A stretch of 63,535 nucleotides of DNA, counting the filler, from Phoronis australis (taxonomy: Eukaryota > Animalia > Phoronida): NCBI GenBank assembly GCA_002633005.1. It is 6 parts of 6 records of this genome, joined end to end, with 100 filler letters (N's around TTAATTAATTAA, not from the genome) between each part and the next. Parts side by side here need not be neighbours in the genome. Positions count along the whole stretch, not along the records: positions 46,425 to 59,637 come from NMRA01000293.1; positions 59,738 to 62,242 come from NMRA01003644.1; positions 62,343 to 63,535 come from NMRA01000949.1; 3 more parts are not named here. One strand, given 5' to 3'. The notes under the pieces were generated by a model that was given only the letters and a program-made list of their open reading frames with translations, did no database searches and was not told where the DNA came from. Positions 52,339 through 63,535 of this stretch are shown piece by piece; positions within the stretch are counted from its first letter, which is position 1, and every line of letters starts with the position of its first letter. Position numbers and translations under genes: made by a program.

Positions 52339-52831
52339 GTAAGTAGGCCGTACCTTATGGTTGTCACTTGTAGTTCTGACTATCTGTAACACTGTATTTT
52401 TTATTCTCTGGTGGCTCCGGGGTCAGCGGACCCTTCGGTCCTTTACGGAGTCAAAGTGTATTACTATCACTACTACTACTAAAGCTTCCCACGACGATCC
52501 GATGAATGTGCAGCGGAGAGATGGTCACCTCGGTCGCCAGTCGAGTAGCGTTAGGGAGCACCGGCCGGCCGTCGCCATAAAAAATCACGAATTGCTACTA
52601 TTCATCAGATAAAAATCTCCCGATCATGCTGGAAATGAATGCGTTGTATGCACCAAGCGCTGCTCGAAATGTCACTTTGGCATCAATTGAAATTATGGTT
52701 AAAAAATAATTTGTATTATTTAAAATGCTTTAAGTATTTATGATTTCTCATAAAATGAAGAATGAATTAATTCACTAATCAAACATTCAGTTCAGAAACA
52801 AAAGCTGATGACTAGTATTTTCCTTTATCAG

Positions 52832-52940
52832 GGATATTTACTACCAAAATGTAAACGTTTTTGGTTGCCAGACTACTGTGGATGAAATTATTGACAACAT
52901 ATCTTGTATGCTCGCTGTGCCCAGGTGGACATTACATGTG
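52832..52940 (+). CDS. SPO11: SPO11 exon with catalytic tyrosine (DIYYQNVNVFGCQTTVDEIIDNISCMLAVPRWTLHV)
   Basis: CAG/GTAAGT bounded, 109 bp; RDIYY..F..Q..VD..I winged-helix motif of Spo11/TopoVIA. Confidence 0.95.
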
Positions 52941-53285
52941 GTAAGTGAACTGGACTTAACCTTTAATGGACATTTGCGTTAAGCTTCGCTGTGCCTCTTA
53001 CCTGTTATAGGGTCTTAAACAGTTGCTAGGTTTTGTATTTTTTACGTTTAGTGTGACACGACACAAATGAAGTTCCGTAAACCTTTAACAACGAGTCTGT
53101 ATTTTGCGGAATTCGTATAAATTTATTTGTTTCAAACTTTTTTTGGATATAAGTGCTTGAGATGAAATGCTAAAAGGGCTGTGAAAGTTTTTTTAAATTG
53201 CCGTTTCGTTTTCATTTTATTCAGTGCAACTTTTGATTTTTTCATGAAAATCGTAAAACGGGAACATTTTGAAAACAATTCCAAA

Positions 53286-53289
<4 letters not shown>

Positions 53290-53342
<53 letters not shown>
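53290..53342. repeat. (TA)n microsatellite
   Basis: Perfect TA run of about 26 units. Confidence 0.98.
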
Positions 53343-53347
<5 letters not shown>

Positions 53348-53863
53348 CTGAAAGGTTCAGATGAATCCGATGAGCCACTTCAGACATGATGCTCCGAAGT
53401 TGACCAAGTTTGGACATTTTCCTAGGATAGTACATCCCACGCCCATCATTCATAGTTGTTGCACTCATGCCATATTTGAAGCACAACAGTGATCATTTCT
53501 AGAGCAACGGTTCAATGTGAATTCGGAACCTCACTCAGAACACAACTGTCGAGCACTTTCACCTACTGTCACTGTCAAACTGGTCTCCTGCTCAAATCTC
53601 AGATGGGACGTGGTGTTGAGTTCGGAAGATTGTTACTCGGGCCATGCTCGATTCATAAAGTGACCTGCCGTAACGACCAACTTGTTGAGCGTGGTCTCGA
53701 GCAATACCGACCTGTTAGTTCTTCCCAAACCAGAAATAACGTCTAACTTGAGAAAGGCCGGAGACGATTGAGGCCAAATTCATAGTATAAGTAGTCCAAA
53801 TCATTTTTATTCGGAAGGGCGGATTTATAGCACAGTTTCATTGGTAACTTTTTGTCTTTACAG

Positions 53864-53950
53864 CTAGCGACAACTAAAGGTCGCGTGGCAGGGGACCTCC
53901 GCTACTTTGAAGCTGATGGAAACTTTGTAGATTGTAGCTTGTCCAATTCG
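53864..53950 (+). CDS. SPO11: SPO11 exon (LATTKGRVAGDLRYFEADGNFVDCSLSNS)
   Basis: CAG/GTAAGT bounded, 87 bp, KGxxAGxL motif. Confidence 0.94.
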
Positions 53951-55074
53951 GTAAGTGTTCAATTTGAGTATGCCATTTAAAAAAGACAAAATTAAGAAAA
54001 AAAGGTAACTGTTAAACTGAGTTTCCCTATGCTGTCAGATTTTTTGGAGTTGGCGAACTGTTTTTGTTATAGTGCTCTACCCAATCGGGAATATCAAACA
54101 TCAATCGCTTAGTGACTTATACACTTGATTGCTAAACCACACAAATGTGTCTAAAACGTCTATACAAGGGTAACAGCTATTTTCATGCCCATGCTCAGGC
54201 TAATCATTTACAGCATCCCAACCGCAAAGTGCAGAAAAACCTGTCAAAAGTCGGTCATGTTTTGTCTCATCAATGTCAGAATGTCTTTCAATCTTTTCCT
54301 ATGGATACCATAAAACACGCAAGTGTTACCAAGGCAAGGTATACTGGTTTGTAAAGGCATATCAGTCGATTTGATGATAATCATGTTAAGACTATTAGTA
54401 GAACAAGTGTTCCATGGTAGAACGGAAAACCTCTCATGACCATGAGAAACCGGGACCGTCATGCTCGCGGTGAATAATCTTTGACGGATGATCTGATCTG
54501 TAATTTTAACAGTGCAGAGAGACAATGATACGACATCGTGAGACTAAATTCATCAGGTGATGAATATTTGACACCTGAATAGATCGAGATCAGACAACAG
54601 TTAATCAGCATTGGGCCGAGGTCCTCTGCTGGACTGTTGTGCGCTTACGTCACAGTTTGTTTCGTCCATACTCACTGCTGGTGTCCGGTTCGTGTACTGT
54701 TTATAGGTGAAGGGCATTTCGCCGCTGCTTAGTTGTCAGTGTTGAAATCTTAACTGAAGCGCTTTGGGATTTGAAAACATCACCATGTTCATCCAATCTT
54801 GAATTGTTGACCAATGAGCCGGCAGGTTAAGTCAAACGTATTCGTACATGGGCCATTTTTTTAACTCAAAGTGGAGCGTTTTTTGAGTCAATGATGGTTT
54901 CGATATTGTTATTGGTAACGGAAATAGAACCTTGTCAAAGTAAGGAATTTTATGAGTGTAGAATTCCTAATTTCATTCTTTTTAGCCTGCTAAACAGGGC
55001 GAAGTGCACCTTTAACTCACCTCTTACACAATCGGTTTTCTTTCACTGTCAAGCGATTTTATTCTGCATTTTAG

Positions 55075-55111
55075 GGTGTACCAGTACCTGTCCATGTTCA
55101 AGGGGTTTACA
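55075..55111 (+). CDS. SPO11: SPO11 37-bp exon (GVPVPVHVQGVY)
   Basis: TTTAG acceptor, phase 0; followed by a U12-like donor TTATCCTTT. The 3' boundary is uncertain by 1 nt. Confidence 0.82.
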
Positions 55112-55326
55112 TTATCCTTTTTATGATACGACAAAGAATGTCATTCCGGCATTTTCGTAGAGCAATATTTCTAAACATAATATGTTGCAAAAATACCCTG
55201 ATTATGCCAGGCTGGTATGTCATTAACAAATGAATACTAGGTAGATGGCTTTTATAATATATTATTAATTTTAAAAACATTTCCCAAACTGACAAAATGT
55301 AGTTATTGTACTTTAACTGTACTCAA

Positions 55327-55436
55327 ACATCGAGTCTAATGCCAAGTTCATACTGGTGGTTGAGAAGGATGCCAGCTTTCAGCGCCTACTGGATGACGAA
55401 GTGTGTCACAAGTTGGGGCCATGTATTGTAGTCACG
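55327..55436 (+). CDS. SPO11: SPO11 Toprim exon (NIESNAKFILVVEKDASFQRLLDDEVCHKLGPCIVVT)
   Basis: VEKDAxFQRL Toprim motif, GTAAGT donor; preceded by a U12-like branch point CTTTAAC rather than a canonical pyrimidine tract plus AG. Confidence 0.93.
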
Positions 55437-55469
55437 GTAAGTAGATATGCTGTCCGTTTTATCAAGGTC

Positions 55470-55812
55470 GTAGGTCCTGCCGCCGCACATGTTGAGATTT
55501 TAGCACATAATATGAATGTCGTCAGTATGACCGTTTGTGTTGTTTCTGTGTAATTGAAGATGAATACCATTTCATATCTGTTTGTAAAAAGCACTGTTCT
55601 CTGAGAACTGTATTTATATCTGAATGGTGCTGTCGTGAACCAAATAAACTTAAATTGGTAAAGCTAATGAAAATGTCAGAGCCTGTTGCTCAGATTAATC
55701 CAGTGAAATTTGTATTTCACGCCGCTGCCCTCAGGGAAAAGCTGTTCAACGTTATCCTGTAAAATTTTATGTAACACGCCGGGTCAAAGCCTTAAATGTT
55801 GAAATAAATACA
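55470..55812 (+). mobile_element. 5'-truncated LINE 3' end inside a SPO11 intron
   Basis: CCFCVIEDEYHFISVC..SLR (CCHC knuckle with EDEYHF), followed by an AATAAA tail at about 55804. Confidence 0.7.
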
Positions 55813-55870
55813 TGTAGATACTATTAAAAATATTTTTCACGGGCAGACTATAGTCAAGTTACCCAAACTA

Positions 55871-56578
55871 CACGGATAACGGACTGCTAAACACGGTGTC
55901 GGACGCAAAAACACGACTCACATACCGTTCACTGACTCACATACACGGGATCGGACTCACAAAATACGATTCATTCACCCAAAATACACGGTCACGGACT
56001 CACAAACACGACACACGGACCGCCAAACAAGGTTCACTCCGATGAAGCATGCCCGATACACGGCCACGGACTCATCGGCTTCCCGGGTAAAGAGCGCGAA
56101 ATAGTGATTATTACTACGCAGGAAGAGAATTGACACAGAGGGTCCTTTTACGGAGTTTGAACAGTCCATGTCATTTTGAGAAGAAAACAGAAGGTAATGG
56201 AAGTCGCTACTGTCACTGACAAAATTGCGAATTGATGTTACAAAAAGATTTTGGACGCCAATAAATTGTAGAACAAATAAGCAGTTGAAATGAAAATAGT
56301 GTTTATTGTTAGCCAAACAGTCATATGATCAAAATTGTATTTAATCTCGCACCCATTAAACAGCTGTCGAAGCCTGTTCCTACATTTTATCCTTAAACCG
56401 TGTTTGGCAGTCCGTGTGCCGTGTTTCTACGAAAATGTGAATCGGTGACCATGTATTTTGTGTGAATGAATAGTGTTTTGTGAATCCGATCCCTGGTATG
56501 TAAGTCAATGAACGGTGTTTGCAGGTACGTGAGTCGCGTTTTTGCGTTGACACCGTGTTCAGCAGTCCGTTAACCGCG
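55871..56578. mobile_element. MITE with long (about 165 bp) imperfect TIRs, TA-flanked
   Basis: CACGGATAACGGACTGCT... versus ...AGCAGTCCGTTAACCGCG, with TA on both sides. Confidence 0.75.
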
Positions 56579-59154
56579 TACAGTTCAGGTACCTTGATAA
56601 TCAACTTTGCGTTCGTTGCAATTAGTTTCCTTCTCATGAAAAAAGCGTCACATTCGCAAGTATTCGGACGTTCGATCTTTATTGTTCATAAAACGCCCAG
56701 TGCCCTTAGTACCGTCAAGAATTATATCAGATGCCCAATCTACAGAAAGTATGGATGCTTGTTTTTAAATTTGAAACGGTCAAAAACTAACGTGTTTCAA
56801 CCAACCGACAGGTGATTTATGAAAATACATCCGGCAGCACATGCAGAAAGTAACGCTAACGACTGGTAAAGTTCAAAATGACACTTCTTCAGTAGATTAC
56901 CGACTTCATTGTGAAGCTACAATCACTACCAGTATAAGGGACCTTCGTGAAGTTAGCTTAAGTCAGTCTTCCTGGAGCTGCAGCGGTGACTTCCCAGTTT
57001 TGGAGAACTTGCCTTTTGTGTGTGCTAGTTGTAACTGCGGTCCATCTATGTTGCTCCTGTTATCTTCAGTATCGTCAGTATCTTATAACGCCAAGGAAAT
57101 GTGTGCATCACACTGAGCGGATGTATCAGGATATCATGATCAATAGTGTCAGATTCAGACCCAGACACAAGAGTGAAAACTACAAATATACAAGCCGCAC
57201 AGCATTTCCATATAACTGCGCTTCAAGACACATGCATGATATACAAAGATGTTGGAAACTGATCTCATTTCTCCTTGGCGGCAGCTCAACCATCCTTCAC
57301 ATGCAAATGAGTTGAGGCTCTTGAAAATATTATTTCAGATAAAGGTACACAGCGAATTTTGACTCCAGTTGACTGTATCACTTTGTAGGTTAATGATCAA
57401 TCTTCGATATCGTTACAAGATAAATACGCTGACAATCATAGAAATATCGGTTATAAACGAAAAAGTGGCTCAGCTCGCCCTGTTCTCCCCTTCAATTATT
57501 TTTTATGCGAAACGCTCGCTTTGGAAGCAACTGATTCGTTATTGCCAAAACCATGCATACTTAGCCTGGTGACCGCCCTGACGAGACAAATCCGGCGCTG
57601 ACGCGGGCATAAAGAAATAACGACCTGCCTTTCCTTTCAATGCTGAGGAATCATCTCTAATTTGAGTAAGCAGGGCCGTAGGAAGCGGGGGGGGGGGNAA
57701 ATTTTCAGGCGTCAGGGTTAAACCATGGCAACTGACATACGCGTGGGGCGGGGACAGTCGAAAAAAGAAAGACTGCTAAATGCAGATAGGAGAGAAAATT
57801 CAAGAGAACATTTAACAACCATGGTTTACCTTTTGAGGACCCTGGCCAGGACATTGTTATTGCGGTCTCCGGTTTCGCAGCACAGGTTGTCTAAACGCAC
57901 TTGAAAACGTGACCAAAATGTGACCACACGACTGTGGAATGAACTGTCACTCTTTTCCAAGCTTAATGATGTTTAGCCTTTCATCTTAAGGTGTCCTATT
58001 TCAGACGGGACCCTCTCTCGGTGGAACAATTCGGAGAAATGTCCCTTTGTTCCTCTATACATGTAAATCCGACATTGCTTAGTTTTCACGAGGGAAGTTG
58101 AGATTCATCAAAAAACACAAAACATTCGTGCAGAGCACAGCAGTATCAAGACATCGACCCAAACAATCAAAATATATGAAAAAATACAACAGGTTGAGCG
58201 CCATCGAAACGGGAGAAATTTTGAGGAAGGTGAAGACCGCTATTTGTTAATTACACAAAAGGACTATTTCCTATGGTTAGTTACAGAATAATGTTTACTG
58301 TTTCTCATAGTATTACAAGAATAGTATCTCTTTTGAAAATGGTTACTATGAGTTGTTGGTAAGGAATTCTCACATGTGGAAAACACTGCTGTCAAGGCTA
58401 TCATTGGGGTGACCGTGTACATGTCGAACGAGTGTACTCAAATACTCGCAATGATAAAGAAATATTTCAGCTTTTTCTGAGGTCAAGTTCAACTAGTGAA
58501 CCGTTGTAGGTACCTCGGAAATGAGCAAAAATACACCTTAATACGAATGCCCTGTCTCCCATTTTCCCCCGGTTTCCCGTCAAAAATCTGCGAGCATGAC
58601 TGCGGAAAATGATTATAACATTCCGTTTTGATCAACAAATTCGTTGGGTTCTGATTTCAGGGCCGTAGGAAGCGGGGGGGGCGGGGCCGGGGGGGCCCGT
58701 GCCCCCCCCCAAAATTTTTCAGCGTAGAAGCTTCTGCAACATTGTATTTTGATTTGAAGTACAGTTTTCTCAGACTTACAACGAAATTGAAGAATCTGAC
58801 TTAGTTATCAGAAAAACACCATAAACGTGTGGATCAGGCAGCTTTTATTTCGCCAAAGAATCGTTTCCCAAGACTGCAGAACAAGACTTCAAGTTGATGT
58901 TTGGCGTTGTCGGCAAAGTGAAGACCTCACGTGTGTCCGGTAAGTGTTACATTATATCTAGCAGTAGCGCGTGCAGTTCTAAGCTTGAACTTTGGTGTTC
59001 AGTGCATTATTCGAGATGTCGACCACAATGGAGGTAACTGAGTTTTCTAACGTTGTGGAGTTGTTTTTACTGTTCATTGTGATTGTCGCATGCACGTTAT
59101 AGCAGGAAACTGGAGTAAATTTCGATCAGTGGTCACAAAATCTGTATTTTACAG

Positions 59155-59404
59155 GGTCTTGGAGAACTCGTGGCGTCGATTGGATACGACTCGCAGAAAG
59201 CTGGAAGTCTATACGACACATACAGTAACCTTGTAACACAAGCTGTTGAATCCCCTCTTTCTACATCTAGTTTGTTGGAAAATGCTCTGATCGACGAGTT
59301 CGCAAAATGCATAATTCCCGAATCTCACCAGTCAACACACGAACCCATTCGCACATCTGGGGACGGCAACTGTTTATTTCGAGCCGCTTCTCTTTGCATA
59401 ACTG
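59155..59404 (+). CDS. Exon encoding the N-terminal part of an OTU-like cysteine protease domain (Vertnin-like), possibly transposon-borne
   Basis: TTTTACAG acceptor, open frame ending PIRTSGDGNCLFRAASLCITG (OTU GDGNCLFRA catalytic Cys motif), GT donor at 59405. Confidence 0.7.
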
Positions 59405-59459
59405 GTATAACTTTATATTTTTCGTAATAGATTTTTGACTTTTACTTTAGTCGATATTA

Positions 59460-59596
59460 CATGGGCGGCGCAGCATTTAGTGGGGAGCTATATTCCCTCA
59501 GCCCCCTATCAGGTGCGCCGCCTACGCCCGCGGACGGTGCACCACTGAATTAAGGGGGGTGATAGCCTCTCAGCCCCCTATAGTGCGCCGCCCATG
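59460..59596. mobile_element. Short GC-rich MITE-like dimer, same family as 31505-31649
   Basis: Same TIR; flanked by TATTA on both sides. Confidence 0.65.
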
Positions 59597-59637
59597 TATT
59601 AAGAATCGATTTTGGCTCATAGTGTTTGTTTTCTGAT

Positions 59638-59737
59638 NNNNNNNNNNNNNNNNNNNNNNNNNNNNNNNNNNNNNNNNNNNNTTAATTAATTAANNNNNNN
59701 NNNNNNNNNNNNNNNNNNNNNNNNNNNNNNNNNNNNN
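59638..59737. other. Artificial contig spacer
   Basis: N44-TTAATTAATTAA-N44. Confidence 0.97.
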
Positions 59738-59848
59738 AAGTAAATAAAGCTTGAATTGAACTGAAGTTTTGAAGTAATGACTTGTCAGTGAGCTTGGTCA
59801 AGTTTTATTCTGCTTGGTCATTTGTTTTTTGACTTCTGTGAATTTCAG

Positions 59849-60026
59849 CCTGTCCTATTTCAAATCCTGCCTCTTCAGCCAAGCTTATCGACTCTGGCGA
59901 TGTGATCGGTACTGGTGCAAACCACCAACTGACCAGTGGTCACTTGGACCAGAGGAAGGCTGTCTTTGAACATCTGAATGAGCCACTCATGAAACTGCTG
60001 CCGAAGGAGGGGAAAACCAATATAGT
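59849..60026 (+). CDS. Internal exon of a WDR93-like gene (CPISNPASSAK...GTGANHQLTSGHLDQRKAVFEHLNEPLMK...)
   Basis: TTTCAG acceptor, GTAACT donor, open frame, phase compatible with the next exon. Family call is from recalled similarity only. Confidence 0.55.
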
Positions 60027-60763
60027 GTAACTGACATGATTGGTTTACTTATTTAATGTGACTGTATATACTTTTTAAAGGCAGTGAACACAGATATATG
60101 ACATTGAAAAGTTATGCTCAAACCGCATTTGGGAATTGTTAGGTCAACACAAAATCACCAACTTTAAACAAATTTGAACTAAGCTGGAATCAAATTGTAG
60201 ATTCAAGTAAAGAACTTATCCAGTCAATTGCATAAGAGTGTAGAATGTAAGATGCTAGCTCACCAGACAAACCAAACTGGTACTTAAAGATGCCCTGTGG
60301 CCTCATCAGTTGAATATTCAGTTGTTTTTCTCCAGCACTGGATTGCAGAGTGTAGTTATCACAGAGTACTTCACAAGAGGTTCAGGTTGAAAAAATGACA
60401 AAACAGTCTGACTAGGGGCACTAGACTGAAGCCAACTCGTCTTGTTTCCTGTAAGAAGTACTGGAATGTACTGGAATGTACTCATGTTGTCCAACTTGTA
60501 TAGCACCAACTTTGTGAAAAATTGTCTAATGTTTGAGATGATCTGACTGCGCATCCCATACCAAAACAGTTACTGTTTACGGAGTCTTAGTAAATTTGTT
60601 TTAATGAGTCTGATCTCAATATGAGACATTTTTTAAAGTATTTCAACGAAATAAGAGAAATTGAAAACACACCTCCCAGCTCTTTGTCTTGAATTTACAG
60701 TGACAAGTTGTTGGTTGTAGCAGTTTAGCACATTTCAGGTGGATGTTTCAATTTGTTTTGCAG

Positions 60764-60834
60764 GCAAGCCAATCTTCATTTCTTGAATGGTAACAAGATG
60801 CTTCCCATTGGCTTGGAACAGCCTGCTCATGCTG
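60764..60834 (+). CDS. Internal exon of a WDR93-like gene (QANLHFLNGNKMLPIGLEQPAHA)
   Basis: TTTTGCAG acceptor, GTAAGA donor, 71 bp, phase 2-1 linking the flanking exons. Confidence 0.6.
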
Positions 60835-61712
60835 GTAAGAATAACCAAAGGTTTATGAACCACAATGTATAGGTGAAGGTCACGGGATCTTTGTCTGACT
60901 GGTCAGATATGAGTTGGCGAACACTTGTTGACCGCACTGTTGACTCTCGGCTGTTGATTTAGTTAGCCATTTGTAGGTTTGCACATGAATATGGTCAACA
61001 TGGGATTATAAAAATCCTCTCTGAAAAGCATCTGAAAGCGTTTTGATTGTGATGGTCCATTTTGGTAAGACATGTTGTCTCTAGGCATGCCTGTATTCCC
61101 AATAAGTCATCAGGGCTTGGCGAGCAAATTTCCAACTCGTGGGACAACCGCGGTGGGTACTGAGCTAATGACTCCTAGCAGACCATTACTTGTCCACTCA
61201 GAGTTGGTAGGACAACAGGTTGATGTCTAGTTACTGAGTGGAAGGAGAAAAATTCTTGACTTGTGCTGCATATTGACCCATCACAATACAAGGCTACGCA
61301 ACTATGCCCAGCCTGAGGTAGCAATAGTTACCTGAGGTTACGTTTGAGACCAAAAATTGAATTATCCCCCCACGTTCGCAGCACACACACACCTACCAAA
61401 TCTTCCTATTGAATATTTTACAGTTAGAGATTTCTGGGAAATCTGCAGTGGGTTATGGGACACTGGGACTTCAAGGAGATCCAAAAACAACCAATGAAAA
61501 CAGAGTGAGAACGTACCGCTACATTTTCAGCCAATAAAATGGCTTGCAAGTGTTCTCTAACCATAAAATTTTAATGTTATGGCAGAAGCTGGCTGAAGGG
61601 AAGCTTATGAATAAAACACCAGGATGTACACCATCTCTTCAAGTAAAGGACCAGTAAATGAAAGGGAGCTCAAAATTTTGATAATATTAACCATGACATT
61701 TTTGTGCTGCAG

Positions 61713-61790
61713 ATCGACCCACATCCATAGCTGTATGGTGGAATGGAGGAACTCAGCTGATGCACTACTCATTGGTTAAACAAACGAAAG
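61713..61790 (+). CDS. Internal exon of a WDR93-like gene (DRPTSIAVWWNGGTQLMHYSLVKQTK)
   Basis: TGCAG acceptor, GTAAAC donor, 78 bp, phase 1-1; W...YSL..K pattern recalled from WDR93. Confidence 0.6.
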
Positions 61791-62242
61791 GTAAACTTGA
61801 TTGACTTTCGAAATGCATTTGCACCAATCAGTGTCTTTCAAATAGTTTTATGGAGTATGTAAATGTAGAATAAATTTATGCACTGGTCTAGCTTGCACAC
61901 TTCAGTGTTGTCACATTACATGGATTAACAGTTAGCTCTTCAGATTAATACAAGGCTAGACGCCTGTTTCAGTTCATTTTGTGGTGAAACTCGATCGTTA
62001 AACCGATTGAAACCTGAGCTGTGTAGCTTTTTCAATCACTGATCTTTCATAGCAAAGTGCGCACAAAGTTGAGAAGTTGCTAAGTGCGTAAAAGTTGATT
62101 TACCACATAAATAAGGAGTGGCAAAATTTGAATATTTGACGTCATTGGTTCTTGTACATGTACTTGGCTTTCTTTGCTATAGCTGTACTTTTCGGTTATT
62201 TGCTTAGTCATTTTAACTGTTGTAGCAATTTCTTTTTTATTC

Positions 62243-62342
62243 NNNNNNNNNNNNNNNNNNNNNNNNNNNNNNNNNNNNNNNNNNNNTTAATTAATTAANN
62301 NNNNNNNNNNNNNNNNNNNNNNNNNNNNNNNNNNNNNNNNNN
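62243..62342. other. Artificial contig spacer
   Basis: N44-TTAATTAATTAA-N44. Confidence 0.97.
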
Positions 62343-62577
62343 TGTCCTCATCCTCTGTACATAATACTACAAGGTATGACACTCGGGACAAGGAATTCCA
62401 GGGGTGGTTCACTACCAGGAGAAAGATATATTGCTCGTGGTTTGTTGGACCCCTGTTTTGTGTACATTTATTGAGTTTTGTGTTTGATATGGGTGAATCC
62501 CGAGTGTCATAGCTTGTAGTATACTGTGTGCCCAATTTGTATTGGCCATTGGCGACGATCAGAAGCTGAGAACGTCT

Positions 62578-63014
62578 TAGGCAATGAACATCGCCTCTGT
62601 TGGTCCGAACCAGAGGCGATGCAGAGGCTATAGGCGCTCTGTACGCCGGAAGCTTTTCGGCGAATTATGCCTCGCAGCGACTAAACCATCAAAGTCACGT
62701 TGTTATACCGTAAATACCTTTTGCGCATAGAAGAACACCTTAGGAGGTTGTCGATGTGTTTAATTCCTTCCAACTCGAACAAATACTCCCGTTATGAAAC
62801 TGTTTCTTCGAGCAGTCCCTATTTCAGTTCCCAAAATCGTGCTCGAACACCTCCTCAGGTGTTCCTCTATGCGCAAAAGGTATTTATAACAACGTGACTT
62901 TGATGGTTTAGTCGGTGCGAGGCATAATTCGCCGAAAAGCTTCCGGCGTACAGAGCGCCTCATAGCCTCTGCATGCCTCTGGTTCGGGCCAACAGAGGCG
63001 ATGGTCATTGCCTA
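62578..63014. mobile_element. Mutator-type foldback MITE
   Basis: Near-perfect inverted arms of about 170 bp (TAGGCAATG...CATTGCCTA) and a perfect 9-bp TSD AGAACGTCT (62569-62577 and 63015-63023). Confidence 0.88.
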
Positions 63015-63535
63015 AGAACGTCTGTGGTAGTAAATCATGTTTTGTGTACTCTAACAGACACTGGCATGGCATGCAAAGTGAACAAATATGAAACTTACCA
63101 GAAATCTGAAGTTCACTGTGAAAATCCTTCACTATTCTGTTATACGCGTTGGTTTCAAACTCTAAGCAACTCAAGTGTTCTTCAACGGAAATTTCAAAAT
63201 GGCGGTTTTTTTCATGAAGGTCATCTGGTGGAAAGTTTTCTTTAAAAAATAAAATTACACTGTTAATACAGCTGCTGGTAATTAATTTTTTTATGAAAAT
63301 TGAAAAGTTTTATTGTCACACATCTGATTTAAAAAAACAACAAAAGTTTTATCCTTCCTGTGGGCAAGCCTCTAACTGCCCTCTTGTGTTCAAGTCTGTG
63401 TTTACCGGTCCAATACCGGCGAGCCGCTAAGGGAAAGTTCACTGGGTTAGTGTCGTGGGGACGGTACTGGGCCATTCGTGGCCCAGAAACGTAAACCGGT
63501 ATACGGTACAAGCGTTATCAAGCAACAGAAATCCA

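Noticed and set aside
53289-53486. ORF with an IYIYIY tail
   Set aside because: Translation of the (TA)n microsatellite

Overview
This is AT-rich, intron-rich animal DNA, probably from an invertebrate; it is not prokaryotic. The window is six assembly pieces joined by artificial 100-bp spacers (N44-TTAATTAATTAA-N44), so adjacency across spacers is unproven. Almost all ORFs in the supplied track are spurious, and the real genes are split into exons. Splicing by hand recovers: (1) ten coding exons of cytoplasmic tyrosyl-tRNA synthetase (YARS1, minus strand, 25257->19210, running into the start of the EMAP II-like domain); (2) seven consecutive exons of the meiotic transesterase SPO11 (plus strand, 49100-55436, including the catalytic DIYY motif and the Toprim VEKDA motif); (3) the first coding exon of an AGPAT3/4 acyltransferase; (4) an SLC6 transporter exon; (5) three WDR93-like exons; (6) an OTU/Vertnin-like exon. 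The rest is dense in mobile DNA: Helentron-associated (HINE/DINE-like) elements, hAT-, Tc2/pogo- and Mutator-type MITEs (several with target-site duplications), foldback palindromes and LINE remnants, one with an intact RNase H domain. The most notable observations are a SPO11 minor-spliceosome (U12-type) intron that appears to have TT...AA ends, a TyrRS exon lacking the conserved anticodon-binding RxEK(F/W)GG loop, and a tandem array of duplicated splice-acceptor/exon-start units in front of YARS exon 4. Homology calls come from recalled family motifs, not from database searches. No wholly new multi-gene system could be supported.
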